Part shown: positions 53,854-64,000 of the stretch, piece by piece
Layout: each line of letters opens with the position of its first letter
Numbering within the stretch: the stretch's first letter is position 1
Assembly: GCA_002633005.1 (NCBI GenBank)
Contig: NMRA01000187.1
Span: 491,740 to 555,739 of the forward strand
Reading direction: 5' to 3'
DNA from: Phoronis australis
Taxonomy: Eukaryota > Animalia > Phoronida
Length of the DNA stretch: 64,000 bases
Notes under the pieces: generated by a model
The model's database searches: none
The model's input: only the letters and a program-made list of their open reading frames with translations
What the model was told of the DNA's origin: nothing
Program-made: the position numbers and the translations under genes

Positions 53854-56800
53854 TTTGGTTGAGTAACTCCAATTCAGCACCTCATTGAGAACCTAGAATT
53901 AAACACAATAACAGTTTATTGACCTGAGGCCAAAAAATCATCCTTTGAAATAGGATGTTCCTGCATCATACAGCCACACTTGAATCTTTTGGTATTTACC
54001 CACAATGCCGCAACATCAGTCTAGAAGTTCTCTGGCCTCGTTTACATGCCATTGTAGTTTCTCGTGTTATTTGTTGGTTCCCTCTTTTTCAAGTTCTGAG
54101 TTGTATCCAACTTTCCAATGTCAGGGAGGTTTAACAGCAGTATTGTGGGCTGTAGCTCCCATGGCAGAATTTTAGTTCAACTTTCATATGTTTTGATCTG
54201 TCCCTCAGATTCAGAGGTGCGGTTCTAAGTTCATTTGACATATCCACTATTTGTAGTTATGGTAGCTGAAGAAGTCATTCAACAGAGCAAGTAAGATATT
54301 GGGGTTAAAATATGAAAATTTAACGTAGCTTGTTTATCCTTTTTCCATGAAATACACATTGAGAGAAGTTCCATATTCATCCAATTTTAAAGTGGTGTTG
54401 CAAAAGCAGGTCTTTTTTCTTCTTTGTGGAGAATGGACTGTAGCAATCAGTCTGCCTTCATTAAATACACTAGTGCTATTTCAAGTGAAGAACTTCTTTA
54501 AACATATAAAAAGGTCAGATTTTAGACGAAACTAAAAATTGTTCATGACAAGTCTTCATGTTCTCCCTGTACAGAGTACCAAGCCATTTTGAAACAGAGC
54601 AGGTCTGTTGAGTCAGTCAGTCTCATCGAAACATAATAAATTATTTAAGAGACATGATTCCTAGAATCAGCTAGACATTTCTAAAACAAGGCCAATGGAA
54701 CAGCGCATTTTCTTACCTACAGGAAAAAGAGATTTCTATCCACAACTGTCCTATTGTCATACCCCTGAAGGAGATAAACTTTTAAAGAAGAAGTTCAAAT
54801 TAGCCGTGACATTTTGATTTTAAGTTCATGCCCCCCACCCAGTAAAATTCTCCCAGATTCCATTTGGCAGTTGAGGGGTGCGAATGTCTGATTGGCAAAA
54901 TCCTGGCTAATACTTTGCCCTGGTCCCCCTAAGTCAAAATCCTGGATCTGCCCCTAGTGACACTCAATTAAACATGACAACGCCAGGTCAAATTTAGCTA
55001 CGACATGTGAAATTAAAAAATTACACTTGGCAAAAATGTTAGACTGGTGGAAATGAGGATTTGTTAATCATTGTTTATGGCACCTGGAGCCTGTGTTAAT
55101 CCCAGATGGCAGGCACTATTGATAAATACGGCAAACTGAATTCAAGAAAACCGAAATTCAATTTCAATGTGAACCAGGAAGACAGAAATACGAATATCCT
55201 ACCATTTCTTCCCCAATACAATATGGAAAAGTTAAAAACAAACCAGTTTCTCACAGCCTGCAGATCAAAGGTAAAGTTCAGTCTCTGCAGTATTTATGAT
55301 CAGCCTAACTGATAAGGACTTGAATCATCACTAGCTAACATCAGATGATGATAAATGTCATGACCCTTGACCCAAAATACTAGAACATCACACAGTTACT
55401 CTCTAGCATTCTGAGAGCACAAAAGCAACTTCTTGCAAGATTCAAGTTTAAATTCTGGTGATTAAGGCGGGCAAAGCCACATAAAATTCTGTCCCTCCAT
55501 TGTTCCCCATTACATGAAACTCATTGTTCAAAAGAACTTGTTCGCATTGTGCGGGTTTGCCAGGATTGGTGCCTAACATTTGAATGATTTTAAACACATG
55601 TCAAATTCGACACAGGGAAGCCAAACTGCAATAAATCAAGACACAACATGGAGAACACTGCTTTCATATAGACAATTAATAGCATTAGGATTTTTCATGA
55701 GAATCACTTGAACATGCTACAGTATATAACACGAGCAACGTGGAGCGTTGAAATGTGCCCACAAATGCATCGCAAATGGTGTGCTTTTAGGGTTATTAAA
55801 TTTTTTGTATCATAAAAGTGGCCACTAGATGGCGCAAAAACATACAATCCATCCAAAAACGGGAACATGCCATATTTCATAAAAAATTTGTCAAGGAACT
55901 TCAGAGAAACAAAGGAACAGAATAAATGAAATTGCCACTTGTGGGCACAGCGTCCGCTGGATTCGCTTGAAAGTCGTCGTCCGTTGTTATCTTCATATAA
56001 ATATAAAGATCCTGTAGTGGGTTTAGGAGATACAGTTATGGACGCAAAATGAAACAAAACTACCACTAGGAGGTGCCACAGTAGTCAGTCGCCGTCATCA
56101 AACATCCTCTGAACACTGAAAGCATACATGCCAATTTTCAAAACCATCCCTAGAATGATTTGGTTGATAGAGGGGTGGACACCAAAACCAAAATTTGAAA
56201 ACAGCAAAAATGGCCACTAGTAGCGCAAAATACCTCGATTCCAGGAGGATAGCATCATCTCACCAATAGATGCCTATATTCAAAATTTTATGAAAATCTA
56301 TTAAGTACCTTTGAAGATACAGACTGGCAAACAGAAAAAAAAACTAAAATTGCCACTAGGGGGCACACTAGTAGTCAAATCCGTCCGAAAGTACCGGTAG
56401 TTGTCATCCGTTGTCAACATCAAATAAATACACTTGCTAAATTAAGTAACGATTCTACAAAACGGTTTAGGAGATACAGCCATGAGTGCAAAAAAACAAA
56501 ACTGCCACCAGGAGGTGCTACAGTAGTCAAAGTCGTCGGAAAATCATCGTCAACCGTCTACTTCATAGTAAAAACATACACCCCAATTTTCACAATTATC
56601 CTGGCTTGGTTGACAGATGAGTGGACGCCAAAAAACAGACTGGAAAACAGTAAATATGGCCACTGGGTGGCGCAAACTAGATCGAATCCATCTGAAAACC
56701 GAGAGATGGGGTCACCTCATTAAAAGATGCCTGTATGCCAAATTTTATGAAAACACAGTGAGGACTTTTGAACATACAGAGGTAAACGTAAAAAAGAAAT

Positions 56801-57024
56801 AAAATTGCCATTAGGTGGCACACCAGTAGTCATATCTGTCCTAAAGTTGTCGTCCTCCATTGCTAACATCATATAAATACACTTTCTAAATTTAGTAAAG
56901 ATTCTGTCAATGGTTTAGGAGATACAGCAATAGGTGCAAAAAACAAAGCTGTCACTAGGAGGCGCCACAGTGGTCAAAGTCGTCAGAAAATCATCATCAG
57001 TCGTCCACTTCATAGTAAGAAACA

Positions 57025-57273
57025 AAAAAATAATAATTGCAGGCGGTCTGGTATACGTTGTACCAGACGTGCACACGCTGCGCATGTGGGCCCGTTGCAC
57101 TGATCACCTGGAAATATTTTTTGTGCTTTATTAATATATACCGGTTGTTAAAACCGAGCTGAGTAGCTAGAAACCTGACTCAAGGGTCTAGCAGTGTGGC
57201 CCAGTGGGACTCGAACTCACGACCTCGAGTAAAGAAGGTGGGCACCATCATACTGGGCCACACTGCCTCCTCT
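57025..57273 (-). mobile_element. tRNA-derived SINE nested in the repeat array
   Basis: Minus strand has an A-box-like TGGCCCAGTATGATGG, a B-box GAGTTCGAGTCC and an (ATT)n/T tail. It is flanked by a near-identical target-site duplication, CTTCATAGTAAGAAACA (57008-57024) and CTTCATAGTAAAAACA (57274-57289). Confidence 0.8.
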
Positions 57274-57681
57274 CTTCATAGTAAAAACATAATACAAATT
57301 TTCACAATCATCCATTTAGCAGTTTTGTTGATAGAGGGGTGGACGTAAAAAACAGACTTAAAAATAGTAAAAATGGCCACTAGGTGGCGCAAACTATGTC
57401 AAATACATCCGAAAACAAGAGGATAGCGTCATCTCACTAATAGGTGCCTATATACCAAGTTTTATGAAAATCCGTTCAAAACTTTTGAAGATACAGAGGT
57501 AAACGTAAAAAATTAAAATTGCCACTAGGGGGCACACAGGTAGTCGGATCCATTCAAAAGTTCACTCATACTGTCCCATCCATGGAAGAAACACATGTGA
57601 AAAATTTCAGGAACATACGTCAAGGCGTGTTTTGGAAATAGAGCAGCGGACGCCGGACACCTGACAGACAGACGGACGNTG

Positions 57682-58232
57682 TTAATATATACCGGTTGTT
57701 AAAACCGAGCTGAGTAGCTAGAAACCTGACTCAAGGGTCTAGCAGTGTCGTGGCCCAGTGGGACTCGAACTCACGACCTCGAGTAAAGAAGGTGGGCACC
57801 ATCACACTGGACCACACTGCCTCCTCTCTTCATAGTAAAAACATAATACAAATTTTCACAATCATCCATTCAGCAGTTTTGTTGATAGAGGGGTGGACGT
57901 AAAAAACAGACTTGAAAATAGTAAAAATGGCCACTAGGTGGCGCAAACTATGTCAAATACATCCGAAAACAAGAGGATAGCGTCATCTCACTAATAGGTG
58001 CCTATATACCAAGTTTTATGAAAATCCGTTCAAAACTTTTGAAGATACAGAGGTAAACGTAAAAAATTAAAATTGCCACTAGGGGGCACACAGGTAGTCG
58101 GATCCATTCAAAAGTTCACTCATACTGTCCCATCCATGGAAGAAACACATGTGAAAAATTTCAGGAACATACGTCAAGGCGTGTTTTGGAAATAGAGCAG
58201 CGGACGCCGGACACCTGACAGACAGACGGACG
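57682..58232. repeat. Near-identical second copy of 57131-57678 (probable haplotype/assembly duplication)
   Basis: About 550 bp repeated with a few substitutions and a 3 bp indel. The junction coincides with an N at 57679. Confidence 0.85.
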
Positions 58233-60448
58233 GACGGACGGAGATGACTGCATAATGCGTCCACTTCTAAATGTGTGGGCGCATAAATATCATTGCGATT
58301 TTACAGCATGCTTAGAGCAAAAAAATTTAAAAATTCTAATGCCTCAAAGAAATCTGCATCCAAGTTAAATGTAAACTACAGGTGGCATTGTACATTTGCA
58401 TGCAAAATGCTCTCATGGTGACCATACAAATCAACACACAACCAAGCATATTTGTTTATTAGGTTATGGACCTTGGGAATTCGTGACATCACTACTGAGA
58501 GCTGACACACCTTTTGCTCGATAAGCAACCTGAGCACAGAGACTGCTTTGAGGAAATAACTCTGAGTAGCTGGTGTGGGAAGTGATCTAGATATTTAAGA
58601 TAACAAATACTGTCTGGTGTTATTGAAGCTCAACGCCAACATGGCCACTGACTTTTATCCATCGTCCAAATACGTTTGTAATATACTGCTTCATGAAAAA
58701 TTTGTTGTGCAAAAATAGCGGAAAATCTGTTGGTTGTGTCTCAAAAAAGAAAATGTCACCTTTTCATAGAGTCTTTGATTATAACACCATTCTATTTTAA
58801 CGTCAAAATGAATACACATGCCATTTTTGCAACCAACGTTCCACAAATATGTACATACTAGATCAGTAACATTACAAACACTCCATCTTTTGATTTTTAC
58901 AGTACAGTTGAAAAAAAGAAACCTTAACTCCCTGAAGAGAACCTTTGTGGGAGTAGATAATTTAATCAGAAAGGCGTCATTTCAGAAAGAATTATGTTAG
59001 AAAAGGTAGACTTTCGCCACCCCCCCCCCCCCCCCCNTCCCAGCTCATCATACCTTTCTAGATAAGAAACACAGTGGCATTTTGCCTGATTTTAGTCCTA
59101 ACTGACAACACAGTAGCACTGGTTCTGCACAATGAGAACTCTCATCTGGATATCATGCACGTTTTCAATCCACATGTACTATTCACACCAAAACATTTAA
59201 AAAATTTTTGAAAACAACAAATTTATAAATTTAAAGGTTATAAAAAACGTCAACATCAAAATATAACAGAGCTTTCTTAAACATGTAACTATGGTGACCA
59301 CCATTTTGGTTTTGACATGTAAGGTGGAACATATTTTTGGTGTCAAAGTTGCGAGAACTCCTGTTTTAAACCACTTTTGAAATTTAGCTGTATGGTGATA
59401 GCACAACAACTCACTATAGAACGGGAGACTTGCAATTTTTCGAGTTCAAACTTCCAGCTAGTTACCCTTTTAATTTCACAAAGACTCTCACTTTACCTTT
59501 TCGTAAATATTTTTTGCACTAATACCTTGTTTTTCAAAATATTTTCTGATTGCAGCTAGTGTACAGAACTTGAACATGACAAAGCATAATTTGATGCTAA
59601 AAATTTTTAAGAAAAAAATGAAAAATTAAAATTTCACTAGTCTGTCATATTGTGTCCTAAATTGGTGAGATGTTATGGTAACTGACCAGTCTGCCATAAG
59701 TCATTCTTTAGATATGTTCCTCTCAGCTCAGAAATGTTCAGTGGACAAACCTTTCTAAAACTAGGTCAACCATATGATGCATGTTTCTACCTCCACAGAA
59801 GAGAATCTAGTTAAATTCGAAAATCACCGAACGACCTTGCCTGGGCTGATTGTCAAATTTGTCTTCTTCGGGTCGTAGTTCAGAGAATACAGTGACAGCA
59901 CTTGAGATTGCCATCTCTGGTTGAATAAATATATGACACATACCTGTAACCTCCAAAGTTGAAAGATGATTATGACGTCAAAACATAATGTGAAATAGCC
60001 AACAGTGATATCATAAACCACAGAATGCAACCCAAGATATCAGGTATCACTTACAGATTACAAAACACATTCAGATAATAGATTATGCAACATTTAGGAA
60101 TAATCAAGTGGACCATTAAATTTCCTAGGGTATCATAATCATGACATTTGCAACTGTACTCCAAGCGCCTTTTCATTCAGAAAAGGTACTCTTTCATAAC
60201 GAAATTGCATGGTCATGAAAAAATCACCTTTCTGAGTGGCATGTCCGGTGTTCTCTTCTATTGAAATTCCCGTGGGAATTATACTGAGCTGTAATTTGTG
60301 CTCCAGAAAGTTTATTAATTACACTGTCTGGTATCACACAAATTGCTGTAAAGTGACAACAAACCCACGTTCCACCTAAGAAAGTAAATTTTGATACTGA
60401 CTTGTCACTTACTACTACAAAATTTGTCAAAACTTACATACTCTGTAC

Positions 60449-60645
60449 TCAAATGAGAAGCCGTTTTTAGCTAAAAAAAAGTGATAGTTCGTTATTCAAA
60501 TGAGAAGTCGTTTTTAGCTTTTTAAAGAACTGATAGTTTGTTATTCAAATGAGAAGCCGTTTTTAGCTTTGTAAAGAACTAATAGTTTTGTTATTAAATT
60601 GAGAAACCATTCTTAGCCTTGTAAAGAACTGATGGTTCGTTATTC
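60449..60645. repeat. Minisatellite, about 4 x 50 bp
   Basis: The unit TCAAATGAGAAGCCGTTTTTAGCTTTGTAAAGAACTGATAGTTCGTTAT is repeated about four times. Confidence 0.9.
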
Positions 60646-61997
60646 CTTTAGACCATGCTTGGCAAATACAACAACACACTTTGACAAGCCAGCTTGTGGA
60701 ACATGGTCTCACGCAATAATGAGTGGTCACTCAGTTACTTAGTTATTACTAATCCCAGAAATCATAACTGTGGTTGCTAAGGAACAATAATAAAAACAAT
60801 TACACAATAGAGTCATGCTTGAACTATTGTGATTATGGGAGTATTTGTTCTAGTTGGAAGGAAATGAAGACATCAACGGCCTCCTAAGGTGTCCATCTAT
60901 GTGCAAAAGGTATTTCTAACAACATGACTTAACGTGATTTAATCAGTGTGAGGCATAATTCGCCGAAAAGCTTCCGGTGTATGGAGGGCCTATTGGGATA
61001 CTGACTCTACTGGGGCCAATTGAGACAGTGGTACTCGGTAGTCTGACACTGGCAGTCATACTGAGAGTTACCATAGAACAAGATACTCTTGGAACGAGTT
61101 GTCGCTAGGTTTGGAGCCTGTGTAGACGCTATTTAAACTACTGAAACTTGCCCCACTTGTGTCAACTTTACTCCACCTTCGAGGAAGGGGAACTTGTTAG
61201 GGTAACTTGCGCCACTTCTAATTCCTGCGTGGCCGCAAACCTTGGAGCAAGGCGGAAGTATTACCAGTTGCGGTTACACACAGGTGGGGTTTCTTTTGTG
61301 CCCCATATTTGGATCTGCCGTTTAACGGTTTATTTTCCTGCACAGAAGGCCTAGCTATCGCCTGCCCTTATGTAGGCGCTCCACTTAAGTCTTAAAAGTG
61401 GGGTAAGTTGCGCAAGTTCAAGTTGTTGAACGGTAGGCTGTGTGTGTCTGAAATCCTACGGTAAGCTTGTACTTGCTTACGAGTTCTAACACGGAGACAT
61501 TTAAGTCAATAACCACGATACAAACCAGTGACTCGTCGAAATTACGGACCCAACTACCCGATTCGCATCTCCACGGTCATGTGATGGTCTTTAGCACTGA
61601 AAGTAAATAAAGCAGAATTGTATAGCCTCAACAACAAACTGATTTGTTGACTGGAAATACAAGCAATTGCAACCAAGCTTCTAGTTCAAATTTATAGGTT
61701 AAATGTTACTTTTTTTTCTTTTAGATATAGGAAATTCGTTCACAAGCCAGAAAATGTCTTTACTAAAACATTTAGGCTCGAGTTATTTAGGAGACTTTCC
61801 ATCATGGCTGCCACCAGGCGGGTTTGCAAATTTCTTCTTAGAAAAAGCAGTATTTCCTGTAATGTTACTCGAAATGTATCCCAAGTAAGTCGCTGCATTA
61901 TTTCAGGAATGAGTTGAGATTCACCTGGTAGGTGCGACCTCGTATTGCAGCCATGAACATTAAACATGCCAGAATTTATGGTGCGAAGATTTCCCGG

Positions 61998-62120
61998 CCT
62001 TGACCTTGCTTAGCCCACACTGTGGACTAAGCAAGGTCAAGGTGTATTGGGGACGATCAGAAGCTGAGGACGCCTGTGGCCGGGACAGGCGCCCTCAGCT
62101 TCTGATCGTCCTCAATTCAC
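61998..62120. other. Two abutting near-perfect hairpins
   Basis: Hairpin 1 (61998-62042): CCTTGACCTTGCTTAGCCCACA-C-TGTGGACTAAGCAAGGTCAAGG. Hairpin 2 (62046-62116): ATTGGGGACGATCAGAAGCTGAGGACGCCTGT-GGCCGGG-ACAGGCGCCCTCAGCTTCTGATCGTCCTCAAT. Confidence 0.9.
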
Positions 62121-62208
62121 TAAGTATAATACTACAAGGTATGACACTTGTTGTGTCTTACCCCGACCACGTTAGTCTAATATACACTAGAACTATAAGA
62201 CAGCTTAC

Positions 62209-62420
62209 CTAACTGGTTATACACAAGTCTCTCAAGTCTACGTTGAAGTCGTTAGAGTCGTATTGGATTTCGTCTGATCTCTTTCGAGTCTCGAGTGCGA
62301 AGGACGAGTGAACCACGAGGTCGTGACGTCATCGTTACATCATGTTACCCAGCAGGTTCCATCTATTCTCCAATCCCAGCCAAGATAACAGAGAAGCCCG
62401 CGAACCTGACTATCCAATCA
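62209..62420 (-). promoter_or_regulatory. Candidate promoter and non-coding first exon of the OSTalpha-like gene
   Basis: Local return of CpG-rich sequence, a strong minus-strand donor AG|GTAAG at 62209/62208, initiator-like TCACTC near 62306-62311, a perfect CRE TGACGTCA at 62324-62331 and CCAAT boxes near 62370 and 62414. Confidence 0.45.
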
Positions 62421-62453
62421 AACCTCACGTAACATATGCACTGGTTCACTACA

Positions 62454-62695
62454 NNNNNNNNNNNNNNNNNNNNNNNNNNNNNNNNNNNNNNNNNNNNNNN
62501 NNNNNNNNNNNNNNNNNNNNNNNNNNNNNNNNNNNNNNNNNNNNNNNNNNNNNNNNNNNNNNNNNNNNNNNNNNNNNNNNNNNNNNNNNNNNNNNNNNNN
62601 NNNNNNNNNNNNNNNNNNNNNNNNNNNNNNNNNNNNNNNNNNNNNNNNNNNNNNNNNNNNNNNNNNNNNNNNNNNNNNNNNNNNNNNNNNNNNNN
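62454..62695. other. Assembly gap (N run)
   Basis: Continuous Ns. Confidence 1.
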
Positions 62696-64000
62696 TAAAA
62701 TTACGCTGTAAACAAACAGGTATGACACATTTTCTAAATATGAAGTAAATATCAGCTTTATTTCTAGTACTTCAACAAAAATTGGAACATAATGACCACG
62801 CATTCTGAACGAAATTTGATCTCAAGTGGCAATTGATGACCGCTTAACTTCAAAGCCGTTTTTCTCGGCTCGTGATTTCAGGATAGTGACACGATTCTCG
62901 GGCCTATTTTTCCACAACACGTGGGTCAATTTTAACGAAAGTTGCAAATTTGAAATCCTCTTGGACTGAAGTAAAATCGCGTGCCAGGGTTTTTTGATAA
63001 ATGGACCAGATTTTTAGTTATTAGACGGAAAGTGACCAAATGACAAAAAGTGGCGTGCTTGCCCCAACTCACACACAAAAAATGCCACAAAATCAAGATC
63101 ATAATGATTTTGTACATATATTTGGTATGGATAAGTAGAATATTGCGTAAGGAAATAGTTGATGATGATCCCTGTGCATTTTGAAAAAAAATTCGAGGTA
63201 AAATTGGATTTGTTGAAAATTAAAAAATACGATTTTTAAAAAAAACGAACTACAAAAAAACAAATTTTTTTCGATTTTTGTCACTTTCAGAATCATGTCT
63301 AACTAGTTAAAACTCCCTTTTTACTCATTTTAGTTAGGAACCTGGAGATTTGATCAGTGTATACACCTACCTTAAGACACAAAATTTTATAACTAGGTCA
63401 GCATGCGTTCGCAAGGGATACGGAAATGGAGTGAAAATTCCCACCTTTGCACCATGCTTGAACTAACAGCAAGGTGAAATTATATTGTTTTTGTTAATAA
63501 CTAATTTTACATGTGCTAAAACTGACTCTACCACATTTGAAATTGTTTTAGATGTTGGTAAGAAGTAACAATGGTGAGGTAGTAAAAGACAAGGTAGAGT
63601 TATGCTTTAATTGAGAATTGATTAACTTGAATTTCATTACTTTACAGGACACGATTAGACATGGATTTGTGGGAATGGTAGGCAGGTATGTGTGCTGAGA
63701 TGTTTACCTAGGTAGACTGTTTAAAAGTTCCACGGGTAAATTGGTGCAATTTGAAAATTTTTCAAACAACTCACCGTCTCTATGACACTAATTTTGCTGA
63801 GTGCAACTAAGCGCTAAGGTGTTTGCCAGGTGAATGACATTCGTGCTCAGACTGTGTGCTGTTGTGACCAAATTAATAGAAGAGAACTACGTTACGCACA
63901 GGTTATACTGCTGCAGTTCATAATACATACCTGTGCTGGCTCATGTGTTAAAACGTCATATTGTTCTCATGTATATTTGTGAGCACAGTTGCAATATTTA

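Larger units (their letters stand above)
55728..58287 (+). mobile_element. Non-autonomous Helentron-type (HINE/DINE-1-like) element with an internal ~150 bp tandem array
   Basis: Subterminal inverted repeat ATGTGCCCAC (~55752) / GTGGGCGCAT (~58275), terminal stem-loop ATGCGTCCAC...GTGGGCGCAT, (GACA/GACG)n microsatellite near that end, central tandem repeats and A-rich flanks. The family assignment is inferred from architecture. Confidence 0.65.

Noticed and set aside
57190-57270. tRNA gene
   Set aside because: It has A and B boxes but no convincing cloverleaf, and it is followed by a body, tail and target-site duplication, so it is a SINE head.
57131-58232. Tandem duplication of about 550 bp including a second SINE head
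   Set aside because: The junction sits on an N, the second SINE copy is cut exactly at that point, and the copies differ at allele level. This is most likely two haplotypes placed side by side by the assembler.
62342-62803. ORFs of 91-146 aa
   Set aside because: They are open only because they cross the N gap.

Overview
This is AT-rich eukaryotic (metazoan) genomic DNA with spliceosomal introns, microsatellites, many small DNA-transposon remnants and one assembly gap. It is most likely from a marine invertebrate deuterostome such as a hemichordate, which is an inference only. Two convergent protein-coding genes can be reconstructed by hand with consistent splice phases. The first is a two-exon Six1/2 (sine oculis) homeobox gene on + (11779-12383 and 22157-22418, 288 aa), set in about 40 kb of gene-poor, CpG-retaining sequence. 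The second is an organic solute transporter alpha (SLC51A/OSTalpha-like) gene on -, with seven coding exons (53853 to 43678, 335 aa) in visibly CpG-poor DNA and a candidate promoter near 62.3 kb. Non-genic highlights: (1) a ~490 bp intronic foldback made of two inverted Penelope-like retroelement 3' ends, each with a GIY-YIG C-terminal remnant and a decayed minimal hammerhead ribozyme; (2) a Helentron-type (HINE/DINE-1-like) element whose ~150 bp internal repeats each carry a co-oriented CTCF-like motif, with a nested tRNA-derived SINE; (3) two abutting near-perfect hairpins just inside the predicted first intron of the transporter gene; (4) perfect ER2 and DR2 nuclear-receptor elements flanking Six1/2. 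Most short ORFs in the supplied track are spurious. All coordinates were counted by hand, and no database searches were run.
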